A stretch of 64,000 nucleotides of DNA, from assembly GCA_964019335.1 (NCBI GenBank), contig OZ025672.1:434001-498000 (forward strand), written 5' to 3'. Positions 20,612 to 32,389 of the stretch are shown piece by piece. Source of the DNA: Diplonema japonicum (taxonomy: Eukaryota; Protista; Euglenozoa: Diplonemea). The notes below the pieces were generated by a model. That model did not search any database, was not told the origin of the DNA, and worked only from the letters and a program-made list of their open reading frames with translations. Positions within the stretch are counted from its first letter, which is position 1, and every line of letters starts with the position of its first letter. The position numbers and the translations under genes were made by a program.

Positions 20612-20910
20612 TTTGAATGATTTGATAGTTTACCCAGTAACCCCCTTAAAAAAAAGTAGATCAATCTAGCCGGCAGAGCAAGGGGAACCCCCCCTGGTTT
20701 GTAACACCCATCACGGCATCCAGTGCACAAGAGCAAAAACTAAAAAAGAAAGGTTATCACTTCGGGGGGCCGAACGGGGGTTAAGGTATCGTGTGGCTTG
20801 CCACCATAGGGCAGCAAGAAGAGTTTGCTACTTTAAACAACACGGGGTGGGGGGGTACTTAAAAAAACAAGAAAAATCATTCGTTCGCTCGTAACCACAC
20901 CCTTGCCCAG

Positions 20911-20943
<33 letters not shown>

Positions 20944-22415
20944 ACATTTAAGGGTACCTGCGGTATGTGGTAGAGGACGCTTGAAGAGTCTCAACTTATC
21001 TCTTGATTGAACCTTTCTGCTGTGGTGTGGCCTTCGACCCCTCGTTCACCCTCCTCGGTACCTTAGGTATAAACCCCTCAACCGAGTTGGTAAAGACACA
21101 ATAGTTGCACAGTCTCTCAAGGACGTGGCGGGTTGCCGGGGAGGCGAATACCCATCGAGAGGAGTAGCCCCTTATGGAGCCGTTGTAGTAACCCAACATG
21201 CGTAGGAGTGGACAGAACTTACTGACGCAGCTGGAATAAGGGGCACTATGCGCTTACTGGATCACCGCGCGCTCTCTCAATGTCCTCACTCCCCTCACGC
21301 ACAGAAGAAAAAAAAAAGAGAAAAAAAAACACACTAAAACCTAACGGAAATAATGCTCAAATTATCTGAAAATTAAAAAAAAAAAAATACCGACCTCGAG
21401 AGAGAGAGAGAGAGGGGGGGGGGGGGGGGGGGGGGGGGTCTTAACTTCGTTCGTTACAGCAATGATGTCTATAATCTACATCAATATGCCTGTGGGGATG
21501 AAAATTAAAAATCTTTTAAAAAAAAATGAAAAATGTGTCGGTACTTAGCAGTAGTGCACGTGGTACAAGTACTGGGTGCTTACAAAGAAAACTGCACCAA
21601 GTCAATCTTTCTAAAAGATTTTTGCCGAGGCAAACCAGGTTTCCGGCCAAACTTCGGACTTTGCATTCTAATGGGGAAGAGCTTTGCGGCATCGTGGTTG
21701 ATGGTTTGTACCTCCCAGCCCCTTTTCTTCCTTCAGTATCCTTCTTTCTACCTGATAAATCAAGAGACGTTTACGCAAAGAAGAAAAGGAATAAAACCGA
21801 ATGGAATAATTTAAAAAAAAAACAAAAAAAAAAAACCCCGACGCATCTTATCTCTAAAACCCCTTTTGACTATTAGGACTGAAAAATGGAAGAAAAATTC
21901 TCAGCTAAGCCGACCTTGTAAGGGTGTTAGATATTGAGCGTTACTGTTAAAAAAAAAGGGGGGGTAGAAGAAAAAATACCCCCCCCCAGACTTTTTCAAA
22001 CCTGGGAAGGGAACAAAAAAAAATCTCACACACTACTTATTTGGTAGGTTGGCTTGTTCTTTCTGCGCACAAGCAGATTCTACAGATTTCGTACGTAAGG
22101 TGGACTCAAGAACCTGTATGGAAATAAAATAAAAAAAAGGGGAAAAAAAAACAAACACAGCCACCAAGTTATTATTAACCTGCCTCATCAAAGACCCCCC
22201 CCCCCCCCTTCCCTTCTGTGCAGAGGGAGAGCTTTCAGAAGGAAAAAAAAGGGGGGGGTGAGGTATAAAGAGCATGGAATTTAACTTAGATACTCAAAGA
22301 GGAAAGAAAAAAACAAAAGAAAAAAAAAAGATAGAGATAAGCCACCTCTGCCTTGTAAACCGAAAACTTAAAATTAACTTCTGTGGAATGAGGGGGCGGG
22401 GGAGAGAGAGTTCTC

Positions 22416-22453
<38 letters not shown>

Positions 22454-22456
<3 letters not shown>

Positions 22457-23014
22457 TCTACCAACGAGCGTCTTTACAGAGGCGATTTGAAAAAAAACCT
22501 TTTGCGCAAAGGGCTTTCAATGCAATAAGGCCCGGCCACTTCTCGCATCCGGGGGTCCTGCGCGGAAAATATGAAAAATATAAACTAAATGCTGCCCTAA
22601 CTTAACAAGAAAAAGAAAAAAGAAAAAAAAAACGCCAGCCCAAATTTACCCTGAAAAATCACTTCAAAAATGGCGCCCAGAAAGAGGCCAGAAGAGGACA
22701 TGACGAGTGATGAAAGCACTGATGGCTCATCCCTAGTATGCAGTTTTGATACGGACAGTGATTCTGATACGAATTCGACCGATTCCGAGTCACAGCAGGG
22801 TGATTGGACGGCAAAGCCGGAGCGGTTGGAAGGCATCCGGTTTCGTGAAGATCGGAATCCTTGTGGACCCCTGCTGTGGGCACCCTCTCTCTAGAATTGG
22901 GACATCTGGAGGCATTTCCGGGGGCATACAGCCCCGGCGTTGCGCGAGAATAGTTTTTTTTTGAAATTTTGAAAAATTACCCCCCTGGTGGGCAAAAATG
23001 GTCCGTTGGTATGG
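22454..23014 (+). mobile_element. Internally deleted piggyBac-like DNA transposon (561 bp)
   Basis: TTAA at 22450-22453 and 23015-23018; TIRs CCATCTACCAACG / CCATACCAACG; residual ORF 22670-22894 with an acidic N-terminus and W...F...GP like piggyBac transposase N-termini. Confidence 0.65.
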
Positions 23015-24069
23015 TTAAAGAAAGAAAATGACAAAGGGTGAAATAAAACTACCTACTTTATTATGAGCCATTCATTAACTTTTCCCCCCCGTAAGGGAGC
23101 ATTTCGTTCGAGAAAAAGAGAGAGAGAGAGAGAGAGAGAAAAGTGGAAACACAGGTTAAAAATCATAAGTTGTTTGGTAATAAATAGCTACTCCCTCCCC
23201 CCCCTCTTTCTATTTTTATTTTTATTAAAAAATGTCCAAGGTTCACTGAAGATGCACTGACCTGCATAAAGAACGGAGTTCCAAAAAAAGAACTTTCCAA
23301 AAAAAAAAAAGTTTCTTGTGGTCTCTAAGCTTCTGTACCTGGGCGCTTCTCGGGTTTTTAACGGATCCGGAGAGTTATAAATTTGTCAGTCATTACCAAA
23401 AATTTACAAGAACAAAAAAAAAAAAAAATAAGGGAGTGGAATGAGAAAAAAAAAAAAAGGCTTGATAGCTGCAACTTAAGGTGGCGTGCCAAGAAAAAAA
23501 AAAGAAAAGAAATACTACAATAGAACAGCTAAAGGGGGAGGAAACCCCTCTCGTGTACACTACACAATCCATGTGTGAAATAACTTTTACTGAAACTTTT
23601 TTTTTTTTTTTTTGGAATATGCTGGTTATAATATAGTGTACTGGATGAAAAGAAAAGAAAAAGACAAATAAATAATAGAGAAAAGGAAAAAGAAGAAAAA
23701 AAAACAAACAAACCCCCCCCCCCCCCCCCGTTGTTACTTGATTGGCCCCTATTCTCTTTTTTAATTTTTTTTCTTCTCTTTCCCAGGGGCTGATATGAAT
23801 AAAAAGTTGGAGAGCCCCCGACCACAAGGCATATTCTTTTTTTTTTTATTCCCCCTCTTTTTTTTTCCCCCCCTTCTTTTTTAAACCCCAATACCTCAGC
23901 TAGGCGAAAAGGAAAAAAAAAAAGTTTTTGCCGCCTTTCCCAGCTGGAGAATACATGTCTGAAGGAAAGCAGGGGAAAGGAGGGAAGAAAAAAAAAAGGA
24001 GGGGGGAAGCAAAAAAAAAAGGGAATGCCGGGGAGGTGGGGACACTGACAATAAAAAAAAAAAAATCAG

Positions 24070-24149
24070 ATTAACATGCAATCTCCCTGAGACGAAAGCC
24101 GCATGCCCTAAAAAGGGGTGGGGGTATGGTGGTCAGTACTAGGTCTCTC
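24070..24149. repeat. Dispersed ~75-bp repeat, copy 2
   Basis: Near-identical to 12602-12676. Confidence 0.85.
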
Positions 24150-24761
24150 CCATGTGGTGTTTCCGTCGCTCTAAAGCTCCTTTGTGTTGCAGCGAAATAA
24201 AACAATCGCCGTAACACCGTTTTATTATAAAATACCCCCATTTTGCAAAACTACCGGAAGAAGTCCCATGTAGCACTTGATCCATTCTACGGGGTGCTTG
24301 ATGAGGAAGGCCTTGTCCCCCCTCCATTCTATAGCTATGGTGGGTATTTTTTTTTTTTTTTCTCGTTCAGGTTAAGAATTGCCAAAAAAAAAAAATAATT
24401 CTTTTTTGAAAAGGTGGGCTTTAGCTGAATTATCTATAGCTGAACTATCTCTATGATCACGAGTATATGTGCATAGGTTTTTTATCAAAATATTGCTTTT
24501 TTTTTTTTGTGGAACAAAAAAAAAAGAGTTTCACAGGAGAAAAAAAAACGCACACGTTGCCAATGATCCCCCCCCCCCGCCGATTTCTCTTATTTCACCC
24601 CCCCCCCCCCACCTTCCCTCTTTTTTTTGAGAACCTAAAAAAAGAAGAGAAAAAAAAAAACAAGGTCAAGACAACCACTATGACATATATATTCTTTCCT
24701 CCCCCCCCCCCCCCCCCCATATCCCCTTCCCTTCAATTTTCTTTTTCTTTTCTTTCCCCAA

Positions 24762-26576
24762 TCACCCCACTTCTGCAATGTGGGGCAGAACCCCCCAAAA
24801 CCCTGAAATATCAAGGTGCACGGGGGCACCGTTCGCCGCCATTATTTCCAGGAGTTCGTTGAGAAGCGGGTTGGTGGGGTTCTTGGATGCGATGGAACGG
24901 CACCGATGAGGCCGCTCAAGGAGGTACTCCACCGCAGCCTCATTGAACTGTTCCAGAGTAGGGTTGGAAGGGAGGTCGTAAAGCCATTCCCCACCGCTGT
25001 CCGGTGTGTCCGTGGGGATAATCTCCCAAAGAAACGCCGGCGCGGTACTGCCCCTCTTCGGGTAGACCACCATCTGCAAGATCACCTTTACCTGAAACAT
25101 CATGCAAACATCCAACTTTACACTGTTATCACATAAAATAGGTTTGTTTATCTCCCTCCCTATACGTTGCAATGTGTGCCCCCACGCAGCCACCCTACCA
25201 ATAGTGCTGAACCTCCGCATGCCTTCACATCCTAAGTCTCCACATGAAGCAACCCCGGTGGTCACTCCAATGTGGATAAGATTATCCTTCATCGATTCTT
25301 TCAACAGCAAAGCTGATTGAACAGCGGCGGTTTTGTGGTTAACACAAGCCTTGATGGCGTTGAAGGAGGCTGTTAAACTATCACCAATGAATGTTTCCAA
25401 AATACCCTTGTACTTTATAAAGATAGACATTGCATTGGATGTCATATTGCTGTGCACACGGGAAAACACCACAAACGAGTCCTCTAGCGATTCAAGTGTA
25501 CCGCGGAGGTTTGTCACAATGACAGAAACTGTTTTTTTTTTCAGGTCGACGATGGAACGGTTGGATTGAACTAACGGGTTTGTCGACAGCGAACCAACGG
25601 AACGAAGTGACAAAGCAACGTTTGAAGTTATGGTTCGTTTTGTCGTGGAAGGTGTTCGCGCCATTGCCGACACCGTTGCGGTGGTTGTAATATCTTCCTC
25701 ATCGCAAGAGTTGTCGTGGATCGTCTTCAACAACAAACAAGATTGCGGCAGATAAGGACGGTACCCTCTCAAACTCCCCAAAATCATGTAAAAACACTCT
25801 CGAAGTTCTGATGGGAGATCCTCTTCACCCGTTAGTGTCGCTTCTGCTTCGTCAAGATTGAACTCGGACAAGGAAACCGCTATTTTCTTGGCCGCCTGAA
25901 TTGACGCGTGGATCAGAATCGTATCCTTCTCTGCTTGTGCTGTATAGATCCGTGTGAAGTAGTAACCGTACATAAAGAGAACCCAAAACATTGAAACTGA
26001 AACGGTTGTGAACCCCACCGTGCGTTTGCAAGGATAATCCCCAGAACATATAAACACTTCATTTCTATCGTTGGTCCCCGCCGTTCCAGGGAGATCATAC
26101 AGTCCAAACCTCAACACATCTTCAATCCCCGTCACGCATAACCACACTGTAATCAAGACCACTGCTATGTCACATGTAAACCCACGACGGCCGCACACTA
26201 CAAGGAAATTCACAGTAATTATAAGTTGCGGGAGTAACCGATGCCCCAGGGAGGCCCAGTACAAGTCCGCACAGAACAACGCGATGATGGTGAAGACAAC
26301 GCTGACCTCAGCTTGGCATTGCGACAGTTTTCTAAACACCAGGATCATCACGATGCCCCACGTTCCGTTCACCAAGAAGAACAGCAACGCGAAGTTGAGC
26401 AGGTTCAATTCTTGTGTGACGGCAAACTGCGCGCACATCATGATCTCCAGAAAAAAGACCGGCAGCATGATGTACTTCCGTCGCCTTTCATCATGTGTGT
26501 CGGTAGGGAGCGTGGCTCTTTCTGCAAAGGGTCGCAAGACTATATTCCAGATATGTTCCAACAGACTAAACGACAT
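24762..26576 (-). CDS. Multi-pass membrane class III adenylate/guanylate cyclase-like protein
   Basis: About 6 TM helices, then YRPYLPQS, SVIVTNLRG, ETFIGDSLTASF, IHIGVTTG..CGDLG...RFSTIG. Confidence 0.82.
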   Translation of the reverse strand: MSFSLLEHIWNIVLRPFAERATLPTDTHDERRRKYIMLPVFFLEIMMCAQFAVTQELNLLNFALLFFLVNGTWGIVMILVFRKLSQCQAEVSVVFTIIALFCADLYWASLGHRLLPQLIITVNFLVVCGRRGFTCDIAVVLITVWLCVTGIEDVLRFGLYDLPGTAGTNDRNEVFICSGDYPCKRTVGFTTVSVSMFWVLFMYGYYFTRIYTAQAEKDTILIHASIQAAKKIAVSLSEFNLDEAEATLTGEEDLPSELRECFYMILGSLRGYRPYLPQSCLLLKTIHDNSCDEEDITTTATVSAMARTPSTTKRTITSNVALSLRSVGSLSTNPLVQSNRSIVDLKKKTVSVIVTNLRGTLESLEDSFVVFSRVHSNMTSNAMSIFIKYKGILETFIGDSLTASFNAIKACVNHKTAAVQSALLLKESMKDNLIHIGVTTGVASCGDLGCEGMRRFSTIGRVAAWGHTLQRIGREINKPILCDNSVKLDVCMMFQVKVILQMVVYPKRGSTAPAFLWEIIPTDTPDSGGEWLYDLPSNPTLEQFNEAAVEYLLERPHRCRSIASKNPTNPLLNELLEIMAANGAPVHLDISGFWGVLPHIAEVG

Positions 26577-26639
26577 GCCTTTTTTTTTTTTTTTTTTTTT
26601 TGTTTTGTTTTGCCCGCCCCCTGCCCCACCCACGCCTTT

Positions 26640-26684
<45 letters not shown>

Positions 26685-26802
26685 TTACAAATATTTATCT
26701 TTCAAAAAATGATTTTATAACTATATGCAACTTGTGCCGAGCAAAAAACTTTCGCAGCTTTTTAAAAATCTTTTTTGCTCGTGCGAACAACAAAAAAGTA
26801 AA

Positions 26803-27855
26803 ATGCCGCCGAAGACTGCCAAAGCGGGTGGAGAGAGGGTTGGATCACCCACCTCCCCGCCTCCGTGCCAGACGCCAGGCCGGAGTGAGGCGACCCCTAA
26901 GAGAACCAGGGTCGACCGGCTCGTCGAGCAGGCCGTTCAGAGGGCCATCTCCGAGCTGCTCCCCACGGTTAGGGACCGGGTGGAGAGTTCGCACCTTGGG
27001 TCGGGACATCGGCTGGAACTCTCAGCCGACCGAGCTGATCGAGGGCCAAGCGCCGAGGGTACGACTGGGGTCAACCTCCCCGGAATTCGCGACGGAAGGC
27101 GCAGACGCCTAGCCTCGCAGTCTTCCGCACCACAGGACAACCCCGACACTCAGGCTCCCCCACCGCTATGGGGTCTGCAAGCCTTAGAGCCGTCGAAGTG
27201 GGCGTGGTTAGAGCCGGGCGAGCGCCCCATGGTGGTGGCCAACATCGCCATGCAGTACAGGCAGCTGACCGTCGGGCCCCACGCTTGGGAGGCAGGCATG
27301 CGGGTCAAGGACCTGCAGGAGATCGTAATGGCCATTGGCTGTCAAGACCCGGTGGAGCTAAACTCAACGCTTGTCCGCCTCGCCGAGCGAGCCATCGTCC
27401 GCCTGCAGGCCCTAGAGAGGGGCAGCAGGGACAACTGGGAGGCCGCCGACGCGATCCAGCAGGCGTTCGACGGGCAGTCGGTCCCTACTTTTTTGAGAAA
27501 GGGAGAACGCCTGGCCGAAGAGCTCACCCGTCGATGCAGGAAGCGAAAGCTCACGGACAGCGCTACAATGGGGAGGCAAAAGCCGCAGGGAAGGCAGGGC
27601 GTCCGGGGAGAACGAGGGCAGATCCCGCAGAGGAGGCAGGTCCGGATCGAGGGATCGGCGCAGGAAATGACAGCGTTGACAGCCTCTCCCCCTGCACCCC
27701 ACGTACCCCACGCCCCTTATCCAAACTCACATTTTCTTCCTCTCTCTCCCTCTCGACAAACAAACAATGTTCCCTCGCTAGGAAGGCCGAAAGTCACCGA
27801 ACTCCCGCTCACCGCGAAGCAGAAGGTCAGGGTCTCCCGGGAAGCCGACCGGCAC
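26803..27855 (+). CDS. Gag-like ORF of the YR retrotransposon (frame continues into the YR N-terminal domain)
   Basis: ATG at 26803 (MPPKTAK); position upstream of YR; basic C-terminal segment; function inferred from position only. Confidence 0.6.
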
Positions 27856-28667
27856 ATGAGGAGCGCCCTCAGCGAGCAGTACTGGGCCAGCATCACGTCG
27901 GTCTACAGACGTTTCCTGGAGTTCAGGAAGCACTGGGACGTCCCCTCCACTCCTTGGGCCATCATCCTTTTCGTCACCAAGTTGATGACACTGAACGACC
28001 TGAAGGTGCAGTCGGCGCTACAGTACTGCGTGAACATCAGGGCAGCCGAAGCCAGGTATGGACAGGGCCCCGTTCAGAGCAGAGCGCTCCGAGATTTCGA
28101 ACGCAGCCTCCGGCGCCAAGGGGCTTGCGGCCTCAGAAGCAGGCGATTCCTGCTACTCCCATACAGCTTCGGAGGGCAATGCGCAAGACATCGAGCGAGA
28201 AGGTTCGAACCGTCCTCGAACTCGCCTGGTATGGGGCGGCCAGGTGCTCGGATGTCATCCGCCTGAAGTGCAAGGACGTGACGGTCATGCCGGGACACAT
28301 CGCCGTGAACTGGTCCAACACCAAGTCGGACCCTTTTCGACTGGGCATCACGACGGGGGTGGCCGTCTCGGAGAGGGCCAGACTTTACATCGGACGCACG
28401 CTGCTGGAGGCTGGGCCGGACGACCTCCTGTTCGAAGGTGTGAAATACCCCCACGTGAACAGAGCAATGGGCAAAGCTTCGAAAGGCCTCACGGCCCACT
28501 CCATTCGCGGGGGCGCGCTTCACACGCTAATGCGTAGGGGGGCTGCGCTGGAAGAATTGCGGGCTGTCTCCCGTCACTCATCGACGACGGCATTGATGCG
28601 GTACCTCCCCCAGGCCGAGGTACACACAGTGAGGGCGACTGCAAAGACTTCTTCTTTGCTCAGGTGA
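27856..28667 (+). CDS. Tyrosine recombinase with an apparent 1-nt frameshift near 28125
   Basis: Helical N-domain (MRSALSEQYW...) in one frame; catalytic R (ARCSD), K (TKSD), HxxR (HSIR), H (SRH), Y (MRY) in the next frame. Confidence 0.88.
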
Positions 28668-28761
28668 AATTCCCTTTTTCTTTTTTCCGCAGTTCCGCCA
28701 AGGTCAGCCAGGGTGCTGACTACGACCCTTTGGACGGTTTCGAGACTTTCCCGTCGGCTGA

Positions 28762-30347
28762 CCCCTTCATGGATATGACGCAGAACCGCGTTTGTTTGGC
28801 ATCTCGCCTCCTGCCCAGCGGGGTTCAGACGGCGACATTGCGGCGATATCGAGAAGCAGGATCAGTGTCCCTGCCCTCAAAGAGTTGGACGAGCGTGGGA
28901 TCCTTGACGGTGTCGTCGATGTCATCTGCTGTGAACATGCTTTCCGGGGTGCGCTGAAGGAAGGGGCATTGACAGAGATGGAGGCTCCGAGGTACTTGAG
29001 GGGCACATCGCGGGGCATGCTTCGCCACCTCCCGACGCTCAGAGATTACGGAGGAGGAAAGTGAAGATCGACCACCCGAAGGTCATCCTCCCCCTGTTCA
29101 CCGTGCCAAAGAAGTCGGGAGATCTCCGTCCGGTTCAGGACGGCAGGAAGCTGAACCTCTTGATGAAGCCACCCCCCCAGATGTTTTTGCCGCCGATCTT
29201 GGAGGTGATCGAGCGCTTCCTACGCGCAAGGTATGTTGTGACGGCAGATGCGAGGAGTTGGTTTTACCAGTCCCCGCTGTCACCCGCGGTAGCGAAGTTC
29301 TTCGGGGCGAGAGTTTCTGGCTGGAGGGGTCAGTTCAGCACCGTGGTGATGGACGTGATGGCGATGGGGTGGAGTTGGGCGCCAGCTATCGCGCAGAGGA
29401 CCGCCACGGTGTTGCTGCCGGAGGAGCAGGGTGTGTGCTGGATTGACAACTTCTTCGTCCTGGCACAGAGCCGCGAGGAAGCTCTCGGGAGGTTCGGTTG
29501 CTTTTTGCAGAGGTGCGAGAAGGTCGGGGTGGACCTGCACTTCGACGAGGCTGGTGCGGGCGTGCCAAACCAGGAGTTCGAGGCTTTGGGGCTTGCTTTT
29601 GATCTTGTGTCCGCGCGGTACAGGATGGCTCCGAAGTGGGTAGAGAAGGTTCTGCAGGCTGAAGAAACGACGAAGGTTGTCGGCGACAGCAGGTGTACCC
29701 CGAGGGAGTTTTCTCGGCTATTCGGCAGGGTCGTCTGGCACCGGTACACAACCAGGCATCCTCTCTGTTTCCTTCCCCACGCCATCAGTTTCCTCCGCAA
29801 AGCCACATCCTTGGTAGCGAAGGAGCCGCAGAAGTGGGACGAGACCGTGGCCGTTCCCCCATCTACTGTGGCTGACGTGAGGCGTGCGCTGGCGGTGATG
29901 GCCAGGAACGCCTGGAGAACCCGACCAGACGAGTTACCTGAGAGGGTGGTGTGGACTGACGCTTCGTCGACTGCCTGGGCAGGGGTCATGCTGGATGAAG
30001 GCGTCGTGAAGCACGTGACGCAGGGAGAGTTCTGCGGACGGTGGGAAGCACGTCACATCTTCCTGAAGGAACTAGCGGCAGCCCGGGAAGGAGCTTTCAT
30101 GGCCCTCCGTGGGGGGTCCCGCTGCAAGGTATCGCTGATGGTCGACAACCTGCCTGCTGTGTACGCGATTCGGAAGGGGCTGTCATCTAGCTTCATGGGA
30201 AATAAGATAATTGCTGACATATACACTCTCGTAGAGGAGCGTCAGGCAAATCTCCACGTCCAGTGGGTTTCCACACACGAGCAGAAGGCAGACCCATTCA
30301 CGCGGGGCGTTGCGCACCCGGGGGCAAGATCAGGCCACTTCCTGTAG
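28762..30347 (+). CDS. Reverse transcriptase + RNase H of the YR element; N-terminus frameshifted (~29055), true start uncertain
   Basis: LFTVPKKSGDLRPVQDGRKLN, DARSWFYQ, MAMGWSWAP, WIDN (YxDD equivalent); RNase H WTDAS, HIFLKELAA, VDN, QKADPFTR. Confidence 0.88.
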
Positions 30348-31088
30348 TGAGAGACGCCTCCACGGCCCCGCCGTTACGGCACCGCGTTCCGCGGTCCCAG
30401 AGGGTCCTGAAGCGAACAACAAAGACATATAGTCATAAAGAATTATTTTTGTTACAAATATTTATCTTTCAAAAAATGATTTTATAACTATATGCAACTT
30501 GTGCCGAGCAAAAATTCACAGCTTTTTAAAAATCTTTTTTGCTCGGGCGAACAACAAAGACATATAGTCATAAAGAATTATTTTTTTTTTTTTCCCCTTC
30601 CCAGATAATAGATAGATATAAAATAGAAAATATAATATTTAAATATAAAAGAGAAGAAGAAAAGAATTGTGGAGACGCAAGGAGAACAGGAAAAAGGGAA
30701 ACAGGCAATTCAGATACAGAATTTGTGTGTGTGTGTGTGTTTTCTTTTTCTGTTCTTTTCTTTCTTTTGGCATGCCAGGCAGGAGATAAGAGAGGGGGGG
30801 GGGGGGGGGGGAGAAACAAAAAACGTAGGTAGTTGTGTACCATTTCTTCTTTTATTTTTTTTCCTTGTTTCTCTTTCCCCTTTCATGGAAAAGAAATAAA
30901 AGAAAAAGAAGAACGGGGAAAAAAAAGAGAAAAAAAAAAGGACACAATATTACAAGGGAGAACTAAGCTAGCCGTGCTTAGGAAGAAGAAAGGAGGGGGT
31001 TGTAGTGGTTTTTCTTCTTCTTTTTTTTTTTAAAAGAAATATTATAATCAAATAACATGTTTCATATATAGCTCTGAAGAAGAAGAAG

Positions 31089-31119
<31 letters not shown>

Positions 31120-31374
31120 CATTCTTGCTGCAGGCACTGGTGATGCGATTAGCATAATGCAATCAAAGCGAAGGGGTTTTGGGATAAGGAAACTTACCTA
31201 AAAATACGTTGCTCTCCTTAAATAAAAAAAATACTTTACATCACAGAAAACCCTCGCAAACCTTCCCCCCCCCCTTTTTTTCTTCTCTCTGAAGTGATAC
31301 TTCACACAGTTTCCCACACAAAAAAGGCAGGATTTCTGTACTGGGAGCAGATTTAGCAAAAGAAAAAAAAAAAA

Positions 31375-31670
31375 TGGGGCTTTGATTGCAACACTAGGTG
31401 GCGTTAAGCGTGCAATGAAGCACGAACTACCTACTTGATTACAGGGGGCGCTCCTCGGCCGAGCAGTAGCTTCTTCTGCGTTCCGTGTCGTGTCCTTAAT
31501 GCGTGCGGTGTGCTCAACCCTAGCCGGGGCGTCCCGGGTAACCAAGATTCTGCGCTCGTGCAGTTTGCTGCCTGTTCGTCACCCTGAGCATCTGCGTTAC
31601 GTTCTTCCACTCGGGCGCTACCGGTGATGACCGACGAGGAGGTCAACAGCGAACAACACATCTGATGTAC
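31375..31670 (-). mobile_element. Short element sharing the LINE 3' tail (SINE-like or truncated relative); 5' end uncertain
   Basis: 31375-31414 matches 14061-14100 at 36/40 nt, with the same adjacent A-run; upstream GC-rich ~250 bp not visibly similar to ORF2. Confidence 0.5.
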
Positions 31671-31732
31671 TTCTTATATTTCCATGTTATCCCCACCACC
31701 TTAAAAAAAAGACACTATTTGAAAAAAAGATT

Positions 31733-32350
31733 TTTTATTTCACTCTTCGTCATTTTCTTCACTCACTAGGGGTCATTATTTAACGCGAAATGGCCATTAT
31801 TTAACGCGAAATCGCCATTATTTAACTAGTTGAATAATGAGATTTTGCAGTTAAATAATGGCCCTTCAGAGTGGAAAAATGAGTCTCGCCGTGGAAAAAA
31901 ATGCACCCAACCCCTTGAAATTTTTTTTTGGGGTGGGGGTATTTTGACTATTTTTGGCCATCTGAGGCCATTCCAGCCCTTAAAAGTGGGGAATAAGTGC
32001 CTTATTTCCCCTTTAAATGCCACGGCGAAATAGCTACCCTGTATTACCTTAGGAAAATCCCCAAAAAGTTGACCTGCGTGAAAAAAAAAAAAAAAAAAAA
32101 AAAAAAAACTATTCTTTTAAGGTATGCGTTTTTGCGCTCACCGGCCGCGCTGCGCTTAGTCCCCCAAAAAAAAAAAAAAACAGCAGTGAAAGCAGTGAAG
32201 AGTGAGTGACTCAAATGACGAAAAGTGAAATAAAACGACTTACTTGCCGCCAAATGAGCCATTATTTAACCCTGCGGGCCCTCGTGCAAAAAAATTCGGG
32301 AACTCGAGTTAAATAATGACTCGTTATTTGTTGGCAATAAATAGCTATTT
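31733..32350. mobile_element. Non-autonomous repeat with asymmetric inverted repeats and terminal hairpins (Helentron/HINE-like), copy 1
   Basis: IR 31733-31755 vs 32213-32235 (22/23 nt); hairpins at the right end; homologous to 49999-50457. Confidence 0.6.
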
Positions 32351-32389
32351 TTCTACCTTCCCTCTTTTTTTTTTTTCCCCTTTCCCCAA

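Larger units (their letters stand above)
14061..21300 (-). mobile_element. Full-length two-ORF non-LTR (LINE) retrotransposon; 5' boundary uncertain (between ~20700 and 21300)
   Basis: ORF1 plus APE-RT-zinc finger ORF2; 3' terminus at 14061 defined by a 40-bp match to 31375-31414. Confidence 0.85.
26684..30580 (+). mobile_element. Tyrosine-recombinase retrotransposon (VIPER/TATE/Ngaro-like) with split direct repeats A1-ORFs-B1-A2-B2
   Basis: A1 26684-26781, B1 30412-30450, A2 30451-30545, B2 30547-30580; ORF order gag-YR-RT/RNase H; T-runs on both flanks. Confidence 0.9.

Noticed and set aside
20941-21300. Possible HDV-like ribozyme at the LINE 5' end
   Set aside because: I could not assemble the P1-P4 pseudoknot by eye; needs a motif search.
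21526-21876. Short plus-strand ORFs beside the LINE
   Set aside because: No recognisable motif; possibly a decayed fragment but unsupported.
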